A DNA stretch of 64,000 nt from the NCBI GenBank assembly GCA_000004695.1, contig CM000150.2, forward strand, positions 2,944,001 through 3,008,000. Direction: 5' to 3'. Each line of letters opens with the position of its first letter. Position 1 is the stretch's first letter. Of the stretch, positions 51,160 to 63,464 are shown piece after piece. This DNA comes from Dictyostelium discoideum. Taxonomy: Eukaryota. A program made the position numbers and the translations under genes. Under the pieces are notes generated by a model. That model searched no databases, was not told the origin of the DNA, and saw nothing but the letters and a program-made list of their open reading frames with translations.

Positions 51160-52280
51160 AAAATTAATATAATATTTACATCAAATCTAAAATAATCTTT
51201 AATACAACAATGATCTAAATAACTTTTTCTTTTATTATTACATAGAATTTTTGAAAAATTTGATAATGGAATTGTTGGCATATCATTACCACTTAAATTA
51301 ATAATATGTGACCATTGACTATCTTCAAATGACAGACCAGTTTTATTAATTCTTTCTTCAACCATATCAAATAATACCGTATATGAAGCAATCTCTAAGT
51401 AAACTAATGAAATTGATCCCCATTCACCTTCAAATCTATTTTTCATAATTTTGATATTACTTGGATAATCATTCCATTTCTTTTTTGAATAATTACTTAA
51501 ATTCTCTTTTTTTGTTTCAATAATTTTTTTAAAAAATATTTCCAATTCTTCATCATCTATTTTTGTATTTCCATCAACTTTGATTTTTTTTAATAATATT
51601 TATTAGTTTTTAAATTTTTTTTTTTTTTTTTTTTTAATAATTTACTTACTATGAATAAGATAATAGTTATTTGGTGAATATAAAAATTGAAATAATGTAT
51701 TGATAGCATCATAATCAATATCTTTTATAATTAATAAAAAAGCCAATGGATTTGGGTTATCTAAATCATTACAATTATCATTATTTAAAAAATTTTCAAG
51801 TTGTTGTTCTCTTTTTTTAAAATAATTTGAATATTTTAAATTAATTTCACCTTTTTCCAAATTACTAATTAATAAAAAATCTAATAATTTAACATCTTTT
51901 TTATCCCATGGTCCATATGTTTTTAATAATTCATTAATTATTTTATTTTCATATGATTTATTTAAATTTATACTATTGTTATTATTATTTTTATTATTAT
52001 TAATTGTTAATTTTAATTCTGATAAATTGATTTCATCTCTATATTTTGAAAAACAACATATTGGTCCAATTGAATTTGAAAAGTAAGTTGCATTTGTACA
52101 TTTTTCATTTTTATCTATTTTTTCACATTTATCACCTGAATATGATGGTGGACAAATACATTTGTCACTTAAAACCGAAATACCACCATTTTCACATAAT
52201 TTAAAATTATTTTCTTGAAAACTAAATTCTACAAAAAAAATTATAAATAAAATTAAAATTAATAGTTTCTTCATTTTCAT
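50626..52280 (-). CDS. GT14-family (core-2/I-branching, BRANCH domain) glycosyltransferase with an N-terminal signal peptide and an EGF-like Cys-rich module. join(52280..51650, 51577..51180, 51100..50626), about 500 aa.
   Basis: Signal peptide MKMKKLLILILFIIFF, then CENGGISVLSDKCICPPSYSGDKCE (EGF-like). GT14 motifs: NNYYLIH|IDGNTK (YxIHVD-like), WSHIINLSGNDMPT (WdyfINLS.sDyPl), IPDESFFQASKIFFNS (DE.FFQT). Donors are A|GTAAGT and GAT|GTAAAT. Acceptors are ...TCAAAG and ...ATATAG. Phases are consistent. Confidence 0.65.
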
Positions 52281-52711
52281 TTTATTATTCTGTTTTCTAA
52301 ATAATAATAATAAAAAAAAAAAATAAAAAAAAAAATAAAATGTATAAATGATTTTTTTTTTTTTTTTTTTATAAAATAAAATTAATTAAATAAATAAATA
52401 ATAAAAAAAAAAGTTAGAATATTGGTGTGGATATCTAATATAGTATACTTAAATCTAACTGTGGAAAAATTTCAAAAATAACCCATTTCATTAATTAATT
52501 AATTGAACCACTACAAAAATTCCTTAAAAAGTTTGTTGTTTTTTGAAAAATTCTTTAAAAAATGTGGTGGTGCCAATGAAAAAAATTATTTTAAAATAAA
52601 ATAAAAAAACAAAATAAAATAAAATAATTTTTTAATTATAATTAAAAAAATTTAATTATTTCTATTTTTTTTTTTTTTTTTTAATTTTACAAAAGTTTAT
52701 TTATATAACTA

Positions 52712-54286
52712 TTAGTTGATTTTAAAAGTTGCAGATATTGAAGTATGGTCAGAAGCATAAAATGGAGAATTAAAAGGTGATAATTTTGAGCATCTACCAC
52801 CAATTTTAAAATCTATTAAAGATAGAATTTGATCATTTGAACGTAATAAGAAATCTATTCTTTTTGAAGGTTTTGAATAAAGTGTTGGAAAAGTGAAACC
52901 ATTTACTAAATCAGTTTCTTTACATCTATCAGTATCTTCAATACCAACAATACTAACAACACCTTCATTATCTTTTAAAAATTGTAATTGTCTATTCTTT
53001 TCATTCTTTTGATTTGGATGATTTGAAAATTCAACCCAAGTATCAATTAAATTATTATTATTATTATTATTATCTTTATAATAATTATTAATATCATAAT
53101 TTCCTAATAAAAATTGAATTGCATTTTCATTTGGTTCTAAATTAAAATCACCCATAAATAAATGTGGTTTTTTAAATGAATTTATCCAATTTAAAGATTC
53201 ATATGCATTTCTTTTTGAACCATCAGTTTCTAATGAAAAATGTGATGTAAATATATTAATTTTTTTTGAAATTTCAAATTGTTGTTGTTGTTTTTTTTTA
53301 AAATTAATTTCAACTCTTAAACAAGATCTTTGATGAGCATCATCAGGTTTTTTAATATCTCTTGATAATTTAATTGAATCAATATTTGAAATTTCATGTT
53401 TTGAAAATATAGATAAACCTTCAAATTGTAAACCAGTACTTGTTGGATATACCATTGATGGTAAATAAACGAAATTATATTTTAAATTTCTTTCACCAAG
53501 TAATTTAAATAAATGTTGAACTTGATTACGTTCTTCACCCATTTTAATTGGATTACTTGATTTCACTTCACTATCCCATGCTGAAAATCTTAATTCTTGA
53601 AATGAAATTACATCTGGTAATTCTTTCTCTATTAAATCCGCCATTAATATTCTTCTATCTTTCCATGGTTCATTAAAATTCCATGTATTATATGACATAA
53701 TTTTAATTGTTTCATTAAAATTATTATTATTATCTTTATTTATATTATTAGTTGATGAAATTGTTGATAAAATATCTTTTTGTTGTTCATCATTATTATT
53801 ATTATTATTTTTATTATTATTATCATTATCATTACATATAAATTGTTGAATTGTAATTAATTTTAAATAATCTTTAAATAATTTAATTGAAAGGTATCTA
53901 CAGTTTGATTCTAAAATTCTTTTTGATTTATAATCTTCAATAATTGTTGTTGTAGATTGATTTCTAATGAATGTTTCATATTGTTTTGATTGTTGAATGG
54001 TTGTATCAACGAAAAGTGTTAACTCATAGAGTGTACCAATTTGAAAATCTTGATATTCAAGTTGGCCATAACTATTATAGGCTGGTTGTTTCAAATTATC
54101 ACCATTTCCATTTGTACTTAAAAATTGTTTTTGTAATTTACCTTCAACTACTTGAAGTTGAAATATTGGATAATTATATTTAATTCGATTCTTTAAATTA
54201 TCAACTTTTTGAAATTTATTTAAATAAAAATATCTATGTAAATTAATTGTTGGTTCAATTTGCTTGAGAAAAAAAAAAAAAAAAAG

Positions 54287-54328
<42 letters not shown>

Positions 54329-54525
54329 AATATATTATTATAATAAATAAATAAATAAATAAATAAATTACATACATCTAATAATTTATTTAATTCTTTT
54401 GAATCTAAAGATAAACTTTCGAATTCACCAACTATACCAGCATTTGAAGTTGGTTCTGAAAAAGTATTATTAATAAATAGTAATACTAAAGTAAATAATA
54501 TTATTGAAAAATGATACATTTCCAT
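52712..54525 (-). CDS. Secreted/ER endonuclease-exonuclease-phosphatase (EEP) superfamily protein. join(~54525..~54375, 54262..52712), about 567 aa. Exon 1 coordinates are accurate to within 1 nt.
   Basis: Exon 1 encodes a signal peptide (MEMYHFSIILFTLVLLFINNTFSEPTSNAG...KELNKLLD) and ends at GTATGT. A roughly 112-nt intron contains a long A-run. It ends at TCTCAAG. Exon 2 is QIEPTINLHRYFYLNKF...LKQPAYNSY.... The M shown in the track is an internal TTG. EEP motifs: IMSYNTWNFNEPW...DVISFQELR at the N-terminus, GDFNLEPNE, and the C-terminal ASDHTSISATFK. Confidence 0.6.
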
Positions 54526-55081
54526 TGAATGGATTTGAAGTACTATTATATAAATAAAGATTAAAATAACCAATCTTTATATTTGTTTTTTTTTTTTCAA
54601 ACTGTGTTTCATTTTTTTTTTTGTTTGTGTTTTCACAAAAAAAAAAAAAAAAATTAAAAAAAAAATTAAAAAAAAAATAAAAATATTATTTTTTATTTTT
54701 TATTTTTTTTTATTTATTTTTATTTTTTTGTTTTATTTCAACTGCTTTTCAGGGTTAAATGAATTGATTCAATGAAAATATATAAATAGTTTTTATTAGT
54801 GTGGGAATAATCTATATGGTAAGAATTTTATTTTATTTTAATTTTTTAATTTTTTTATTTTTTATTTTTTAATTTTCACATTTAAAAATATCTTTCGTGG
54901 ATATTTTTATTAAAAAAAAATTAATTTTGGTGTTTTTTTTTTTTTTTTTTTTTTTTTTTTGTGAATAGAATAATTTTTAATTTTTTAGATTACTTTTAAT
55001 TCCTCATCAAAACAAAATAATAAATAAAAAAAAAAAAAATGAGAGATTTATTAAAATTCAAGTAGGTGAATTTGGAAATCA

Positions 55082-55433
55082 GTTAGAACAATCAACTAAT
55101 ATTAAATCAAATTTAGAATCAATTATTAAAGGTATTCAAGATAATAAGATATTAAAAGTATTCGATAAATTCTACCATCAAGATGTTATAATGTATGAAA
55201 AAGGTGATTCAACTAATCGTGTTGGTAAAGTTGCTAATCGTAAAGCTGAAGAATCCTTTGTTAATAATGCAACAATCCATGAAGCAAAATTATTAAAAAC
55301 AATCATTGATGGTAATAATACAGCATATGAGATGTATATGGATTTCACATATGGCGAACATCGTATCAAAAAGAATCAATGGGCCATTCAACAATGGTCA
55401 AATGGTTTAATCATCAAAGAAGAATTTTATTAA
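55082..55433 (+). pseudogene. Truncated single-domain fragment (second-domain half) of the NTF2-like array family. No in-frame start codon.
   Basis: LEQSTNIKSNLESIIKGIQDNKILKVFDKFYHQDVIMYEKGDSTNRVGKVANRKAEESFVNNATIHEAKLLKTIIDGNNTAYEMYMDFTYGEHRIKKNQWAIQQWSNGLIIKEEFY* is about 90% identical to the second domain of copies 2-5. The upstream ATG at 55039 is out of frame and hits a stop after 8 codons. The only in-frame Met is internal (55191). Confidence 0.7.
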
Positions 55434-55456
55434 ATAAACTAAAGTAATTGTAAATT

Positions 55457-55487
<31 letters not shown>

Positions 55488-55590
55488 GTTATTTAATTAA
55501 TTATTTATTTATTATTTTTGTTTATTTTTTTTTAAACAATAAAGTAAAAGATAATAGGTTTTTAATTTTTTTTTTAATTCTCCCAACCAC

Positions 55591-55625
<35 letters not shown>

Positions 55626-55911
55626 GCGACATGGCACTGATTTTCAAATAAAAATTTTACAATTAATTCCCAAACACCAAGGAATCCAATTTTAAAAAAA
55701 AAAATCCATAATCTCTTTTTGCCAAATTTTTTTTTTTTTTTTTTTTATCTCTGATTAAAATAAAGAATTAATTTTAATGTTTTTTTTTTTTTTTTTTTTT
55801 TTTTATATTTAAAATAATTGTAGGAAAAAAAAAAAAAAAAAACAAAATTAAAATAATAATAAAAATAATATAAAAATACAATAAAATAATATTTTAATAA
55901 AATAAAAAAAA

Positions 55912-56916
55912 ATGGAAGATCGTTTACAAGAATTAAGAATAGCTGGTGGTCTTAAACCTCTAGTTGATAAAAAGAATGGTAAAAAAGGTTCAATGGTTGA
56001 AATATCTTTAGAAACACCATCAAGTTCAAAAATATATGATTATAATGAAAATAAAAATGGTGATATTGAATTAGAAATAAATGATCATCCAGATCCGGTT
56101 GAAGAATTTATGCCAGAATTTTATCAAGAAGTTGGTTTAATAAAATCATTAATGACATCAGTTAAAAAGAATATAAGAGCAATCGAAGATAAATATATAT
56201 TATCATTAAATTCAATTAGTATTGAATCACAAAATCAAAAATATGAGGATGATATACAATTAATACTAGAAGTTACAAATAGTTCATTATCTGAATTAAA
56301 GAATAAATTGGATACAATGAAAATAAGTAATGAAAAATATTCATATTCAAAATCATCAACACCCACAGAAGTTCGTATTAGAAATAGTATGTTAAATACA
56401 CTAACTCAAAAATTCATTGAAATGATGAGAGAGTATCAAGAGATTCAAAACAACTATAAAAATAAATATAAAGAAAAAATCGAAAGACAATATAAAATCG
56501 TTAAACCAGAAGCAACCTCTCAAGAAATTAACGATGCAATTCAATCAGGTGACTCTAAAAAGATTTTCGAAGAGACTATTCTCCATACACATTTACATAC
56601 TCATGCTTTGAATGCTTTAGATTATATTCAAGAAAGACATAACGATATTATTAAATTGGAACAAAGTATTAAAGAATTACATCAATTATTTTTAGATATG
56701 GCTGTTTTGGTTCATAATCAAGGTGAGTTGTTAAATGTTATTGAAGATAATATTAATTCTGCTGTATCCGATACAAGAGAGGGTACACAAAATTTACAAG
56801 AAGCTAATAAGCTTCATAAAAAATCAAGAAAGAAAATGTATATTCTTTTAATTATAGTTTCAATTGTTTTGGTAATAATTTTAGTTCCAATTTTAAGTAC
56901 TCAAATTAATAAATAA
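55912..56916 (+). CDS. Syntaxin (Qa-SNARE) with a C-terminal transmembrane anchor. 334 aa.
   Basis: Habc-like N-terminal region. SNARE motif ALNALDYIQERHNDIIKLEQSIKELHQLFLDMAVLVHNQGELLNVIEDNINSAVSDTREGTQNLQEANKL with the conserved Q. A basic stretch, then the TM helix MYILLIIVSIVLVIILVPIL. Confidence 0.85.
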   Translation: MEDRLQELRIAGGLKPLVDKKNGKKGSMVEISLETPSSSKIYDYNENKNGDIELEINDHPDPVEEFMPEFYQEVGLIKSLMTSVKKNIRAIEDKYILSLNSISIESQNQKYEDDIQLILEVTNSSLSELKNKLDTMKISNEKYSYSKSSTPTEVRIRNSMLNTLTQKFIEMMREYQEIQNNYKNKYKEKIERQYKIVKPEATSQEINDAIQSGDSKKIFEETILHTHLHTHALNALDYIQERHNDIIKLEQSIKELHQLFLDMAVLVHNQGELLNVIEDNINSAVSDTREGTQNLQEANKLHKKSRKKMYILLIIVSIVLVIILVPILSTQINK

Positions 56917-57126
56917 TTAAATATATATATATATTTAATTAAATAGTGTTTAAAATTATCTATATCTAATTTAACATTCAAAATATTTTATTGTTTATTT
57001 AATTTTTATTTAATGTTTATTATTTAAACCGATTGTTGAATTGCTTTTTTTTAGTTCAACTATTTTTTTTTTTTTTGAGAAATAATTTTTTGAAAAAAAA
57101 AAAAATAACTGAAATTAAAAAAAAAA

Positions 57127-57134
57127 TCCCATAA
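57127..57134 (+). promoter_or_regulatory. DUSE (Dictyostelium upstream sequence element, [AT]CCCA[CT]AA) about 60 bp upstream of the Class I RNA candidate.
   Basis: TCCCATAA at 57127-57134. Its spacing to the predicted RNA 5' end (about 57190) matches the typical 60-65 bp for Dictyostelium ncRNA genes. Confidence 0.55.
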
Positions 57135-57189
57135 AAAATTTATTATTAAAAATTGTTTTACTAATTAATAGATTTTTTACAATTATTAA

Positions 57190-57252
57190 ACAAGCTCGCC
57201 TTACAGCAATTACTCTGATTTTTCTCCAAAAAAAAAACCTTCGCGAGTTGTC
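57190..57252 (+). ncRNA. Candidate Dictyostelium Class I small ncRNA gene.
   Basis: A 5' stem CAAGCTCGC pairs with a 3' stem GCGAGTTG (3 + 5 bp with one bulge). The conserved Class I 11-nt motif CCTTACAGCAA (57199-57209) follows the 5' stem directly. A T-rich run follows the 3' stem. A DUSE-like element lies about 60 bp upstream. Ends are approximate. Confidence 0.6.
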
Positions 57253-57256
57253 CTTT

Positions 57257-57295
<39 letters not shown>

Positions 57296-58228
57296 TTGCC
57301 AATATTGGTAATTATATATAAAGGAACACACAATTAATATTATATGAATGCTGTAAAGCGAGAATCAAAACTAACTTTATTTTTTTTTTTTTTTTTATAA
57401 CCCAAAAAGAAAAAATTTACATTTTTTTTTTTTTATGACCCAACTAACCGTTAAAAAAAAAAAAAAAAAAATAATTAAAAAAAGAAAAAATAAAAATAAA
57501 AAAATAAATAAATAATTAAATAAAAAAAAAAAAAAAAAAAAATAAAATTCAGGAAAAAAAATTTCATTTCTGGTACTCATATTACAACAACAAGGAACAA
57601 CAATTTTTTTAAAAAGCAATTGAAAAAAAAAAAAAAACAAAAAAAAAAAAGAAAATATTATCGAAATGATCGCGAAAAATGACAATTAATTTTTTTTTTT
57701 TTAATTGAATTCATTTTGTGAATATATGGATATAAAAATAACCTGATGCCAACACATCGCCTTCACCAAACATTTTTCTTTTGGATGGCCACTTTATTCG
57801 AAATATGACTTTTATCTTTAGACATATTATTATTATTTTTATTTTCTTTTTAACTAAAAAAAAAAAAAAAAAAAACTATAAATTTAAAAAAAAAACAAAC
57901 TATTTTTTTTAATTTATAAAGGGTTAATAATAATAAAATAATAATTTATATAACTCCATAATTAAATATTCATTATATTATTATTTTTTTTTTTTATATA
58001 AAAAAAAAAAAAACAAAAAAAAAAAAAAAAATATTTTACCTTACTTAATAATAAATTATTCAATTTATTATTTTCATTCATATAACTTATTTATAGTTCA
58101 AATTATATTAAAAAAAAAAAAAAAATTTTATAAAAAATTTTTTTAACTAAATATTATTTTTTTTTAAAACAAATAATTTATTTTCAAATTATTAAAAAAA
58201 AAAAAAATTAATATATAATTTTTCCAAA

Positions 58229-61200
58229 ATGGAAGAAAATAGTAATAAATTTGAACAAGAATTAAAAGAAATTGGCCAAGATAGAAATCAATTTCCGCAT
58301 ATAAGTGTTGAAGAATCTCTTCAAGAATTTGATTCATTCTCAAATAAAATCGAAAATGAATCAAAACAATTTGGAGCTCAAAAAGATCCAGAATCTTATA
58401 TGGCAGGTGGTGAAACTGAAGAAGATTTCAAATTAAGAAAATATTTTGAAAACTCTGAAAGAATGCATCTTGAAAATGGTGGTAATGAAAAAAAAATGGG
58501 TGTTTCCATTAGAAATTTAACTGTTGTTGGTCTTGGTGCCGATGCATCTGTAATTGCTGATATGTCAACTCCATTTTTTAGTATTTTAAATTTTTTTAAA
58601 CCATCATTTTGGTAAGTAAAAAAATGGTATTATTATTATTATTTTAATTTTAAAGTTTACTAATTATTATTATTTTTTTTTTTATTATTTATAGGACTAA
58701 AAAAACATCAACATTTGATATTTTACATGATGTTACAACATTTTGTAAAGATGGTGAAATGGTTTTAGTTTTAGGTAGACCAGGTGCTGGTTGTTCAACT
58801 TTATTACGTGTTATTGCAAATCAAACTGCATCATATGTTTCAGTTAAAGGTGATGTTAGATATGGCGGTATTCCATCAAAAGAGTTTGAAAGATATAGAG
58901 CTGAATCTATTTATACACCAGAAGAAGATTCACATCATCCAACTTTAACAGTTCGTGAAACTTTAGATTTTGCATTAAAATGTAAAACTCCAGGTAATCG
59001 TTTACCAGATGAAACTAAAAGATCTTTCCGTGAAAAAGTTTTTAATTTATTATTATCAATGTTTGGTATTGTTCATCAAGCTGATACTGTAAGTTTTCTT
59101 TTTTTTTATTTATTTATAAAATAATTTTTTTTTTTTTTATCTTTTGCTAATTACTTTTTTTTTTTTTCCTAAATAAAATAGATTGTCGGTAATGAATATG
59201 TTAGAGGTTTATCAGGTGGTGAAAGAAAACGTTTAACAATTACAGAAGCAATGGTATCATCAGCATCAATTACATGTTGGGATTGTTCAACTCGTGGTCT
59301 TGATGCAGCATCAGCATTTGATTATGCAAAATCAATTCGTATTATGTCTGATACATTACACAAAACAACAATTGCATCATTTTATCAAGCATCCGATTCA
59401 ATTTATAATGTATTTGATAAAGTTTGTGTTTTAGAAAAAGGTCGTTGTATTTATTTTGGTCCAGTTGGTATGGCAAAACAATATTTTATGAGCTTGGGTT
59501 TCGATTGTGAACCAAGAAAATCAACACCAGATTTTTTAACTGGTGTAACAAATCCACAAGAACGTATTATTAAAAAAGGTTTTGAAGGTCGTACTCCAGA
59601 AACTTCAGCCGATTTTGAAGCAGCATGGAAAAACTCTGATATATATAGAGATCAACTTCAAGAACAAAAAGAATATGAAGAATTAATTGAAAGAACTCAA
59701 CCAAAAGTTGCATTTGTTCAAGAGGTAAAAGATGAAAATAGTAAAACCAATTTCAAAAAATCACAATATACTACAAGTTTTATTACGCAAGTTGTTGCAT
59801 TAACTAAAAGAAATTTTCAATTGATTTTAAATGATAAATTTGGTCTTTTCACAAAATATCTTTCAGTATTAATTCAAGCATTTGTATATTCATCTGTTTT
59901 CTATAATATGGCAAGTGATATTAATGGTTTATTTACTAGAGGTGGTGCAATTCTTTCAGCTGTAATTTTCAATGCTTTTCTCTCTGTTGGTGAAATGTCA
60001 ATGACTTTCATTGGTCGCCGTGTCTTACAAAAACATAAGAGTTATGCTTTATATCGTCCATCTGCTTTACATATTGCACAAGTTGTTAACGATATTCCGT
60101 TTACATTACTTCAAGTATTCTTATTTTCAATTATTGCATACTTTATGTTTGGTTTGGAATATGATGGTGGTAAATTCTTTATTTTCAGTTTTACATTGGT
60201 TGGTGCAAGCTTAGCATGTACAGCACTTTTCAGATGTTTTGGTTACCTTTGTCCATCGATGTATATCGCTCAAAATATTTCAAATGTTTTCATCATTTTC
60301 ATGCTTACCTATTCTGGTTATACAGTACCAATTCCAAAAATGCATCCATGGTTCAGTTGGTTTAGACATATCAATATCTTTACCTATGCATTTAAAGCAA
60401 TTATGGCAAATGAATTTGAAGGTAAAGAATTTAATTGTTTAGAATCTGCAATTCCATATGGTCCAGCATATCAAGGTTCAGAGTTTGATGCATATAGAAT
60501 TTGTCCATTAGGTGGTATTGAACAAGGTAGTCTCTACTTTAAAGGTGAGTTTTATATGGATAAAACTTTAAGATTCAAAGAAGGTGAAATGTCACAAAAT
60601 GTCATCATTGTTTATTGTTGGTGGATTTTCTTTGTAATTTGTAATATGCTTGCAATGGAATATATTGATCATACAAGTGGCGGTTATACTCATAAAGTTT
60701 ACAAAAAAGGTAAAGCTCCAAAAATGAATGATGTTGAAGAAGAAAAACAACAAAATGCCATTGTAGCAAATGCAACAAACAACATGAAAGATACTCTTCA
60801 TATGGATGGTGGTATTTTCACATGGCAAAACATTAGATACACTGTCAAAGTTCCAGGTGGTGAAAGATTATTATTAAACAATATTGAAGGTTGGATTAAA
60901 CCAGGTCAAATGACAGCTTTAATGGGTTCATCGGGTGCTGGTAAAACAACTTTACTCGATGTTTTAGCAAAGAGAAAAACTTTGGGTGTTGTTGAAGGTG
61001 ATTCACATTTAAATGGTAGAGAATTAGAAATTGATTTTGAACGTATTACTGGTTATGTAGAACAAATGGATGTCCACAATCCAGGTTTAACAGTTAGAGA
61101 AGCATTACGTTTCTCTGCAAAATTACGTCAAGAACCAGAGGTATCATTAGAAGAGAAATTTAAATATGTTGAACATGTTTTAGAAATGATGGAAATGAAA

Positions 61201-62724
61201 CATTTAGGTGATGCATTAATTGGTACATTAGAAACTGGTGTTGGTATTTCAGTTGAAGAAAGAAAAAGATTAACAATTGGTGTTGAATTGGTTGCAAAAC
61301 CACAAATTCTTTTCCTTGATGAACCAACATCTGGTTTAGATGCTCAATCATCATATAATATCATTAAATTTATTCGTAAATTAGCAGATGCAGGTATGCC
61401 ATTAGTTTGTACAATTCATCAACCATCATCAGTATTATTTGAACATTTTGATCGTATTCTTTTATTAGCTAAAGGTGGTAAAACAGTATATTTCGGTGAT
61501 ATTGGTGAAAAATCAAAAACTTTAACATCATACTTTGAACGTCATGGTGTTCGTCCATGTACTGAGAGTGAAAATCCAGCAGAATATATTTTAGAAGCAA
61601 CTGGTGCAGGTGTTCATGGTAAGTCTGATGTTAATTGGCCAGAAACTTGGAAACAATCACCAGAATTAGCAGATATTTCAAGGGAATTAGCAGCATTAAA
61701 AGAACAAGGTGCACAACAATATAAAATAAGAAGTGATGGACCAGCAAGAGAATTCTCACAATCAACATGGTATCAAACTAAAGAAGTTTATAAACGTTTA
61801 AATTTAATTTGGTGGAGAGATCCATACTATACATATGGTTCATTCGTTCAATCAGCACTTTGTGGTTTAATTATTGGTTTTACATTTTGGAATCTTCAAG
61901 GTTCAAGTAGTGATATGAATCAAAGAATTTTCTTTATTTTCGAAGCACTCATGTTAGGTATCTTATTGATTTTCGTTGTAATGCCACAATTAATTAGTCA
62001 GCGTGAATACTTTAAGAGAGATTTTGCCAGTAAATTCTATTCATGGTTCCCATTTGCAATTTCAATTGTTGTTGTAGAATTACCATTCATCGTTATTTCA
62101 GGTACAATTTTCTTCTTTTGTTCATTCTGGACCGCAGGATTGGATAAAACTAGTGATAGTGAACAAACCTTTTACTTCTGGTTCATTTTCGTTATCTTTT
62201 TGTTTTTCTGTGTTTCTTTCGGTCAAGCAGTAGCAGCAGTTTGTATCAATATGTTCTTTGCAATGACATTGATTCCATTGTTAATTGTTTTCCTATTTCT
62301 TTTCTCAGGAGTTATGACCCCCCCATCATCAATTCCAACCTTTTGGAGAGGATGGGTGTATCATTTAAACCCATGTCGTTACTTTATGGAAGGTATTGTT
62401 ACAAATATTTTAAAAACTGTCGATGTTAAATGTTCATATGAAGATATGATCACTTTTACATTCCCAAAGAGTTATAATACTTGTCAAAACTACACTAGTG
62501 CTTTTCAATCATATGGACCATCCGGTTATGTTGAGAGTTCCATATTAAATGGTGAACCAGCCTGTAGTTATTGTATCTATAAAAATGGTGAACAATATTA
62601 CAAAACACTTGGTTGGTCAGATGATAATCGTTGGAGAAATGTTGGTATTATCATTTGTTTCTTTGTTTTCAATATTTTAATGGTTATCTTATTTGTTTAT
62701 TTAACTAGAAAAGGAAGTAGATAA
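58229..62724 (+). CDS. Full-size ABC transporter of the G (PDR-like) family, NBD-TMD-NBD-TMD. join(58229..58611, 58695..59088, 59182..62724), about 1440 aa.
   Basis: NBD1: Walker [12 protein letters not shown], signature [14 protein letters not shown], and a Walker B region. TMD1 has 6 helices. NBD2: Walker [16 protein letters not shown], signature [16 protein letters not shown], and [15 protein letters not shown]2 follows. The donors are canonical (TG|GTAAGT and ACT|GTAAGT) with ATAG acceptors. Which abcG paralog was not determined. Confidence 0.85.
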
Positions 62725-63464
62725 ATAATTTAATAAATAAAAAAAAAAAATAATAAAAAAAAAAAAAATATATATATATTTAATAAAAAAAAAAGTAAAT
62801 TGAAATAAAACTAAAAAGTTTTAATTTATTAATTATAATAAAAAGCTTTTTCAATTATAAATAAAAATAAATTAAAAATTGTTTTGAAAAAGTTTAAATA
62901 TTCATAAATCAAAGATAAAAAAAGGATTTTTTTTTTTTATTTTTAGTAGGTATTGTCAACAAAAATTAATCTCATTAATTTTATTATTATTAATTATCTT
63001 TATTGATTTTATTTTTTTTGGGATGGTTATTAAGGACTTTGATTTTTTTTTTTTTTTACAATTTTTTGATATTAATTTCAGCCTAAAAAGAGGTGATTTG
63101 TATAGTCTTAAATCAATATTGTTGATAAAATTAAAAAGATAAAATAAGAATGGGACAAATATTCTTTTTTTTTTTTAATTTAATTTATCTATAATAAAGA
63201 ATATTAAATTTTATTTTTTTAAATATAGACTAATAAGTGAATTTTATTTTTAGTTTTTTTTTTTTTCAAACAAATTTTTTTTAAGATATTTTTTCAATGA
63301 AAATTTTTGGATTAAAAAAAAAAAAAAAAAAAAATTAATTTTTGTGGTGTATAAATAATTTTTTTTTTTTTTTATTTTCATTAAGAAATCAAATAAAATA
63401 AAATAAATAAATAAATAAATATAAATATTAATTTAAAAAAATTGAATTTAAATAAAATAAAAAA

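Noticed and set aside
55039-55082. Possible 21-nt intron (GTAGGTGAATTTGGAAATCAG) joining ATGAGAGATTTATTAAAATTCAAG to the NTF2-like fragment
   Set aside because: Far too short for a spliceosomal intron. Dictyostelium introns are typically over 60 nt. The pseudogene interpretation is retained.
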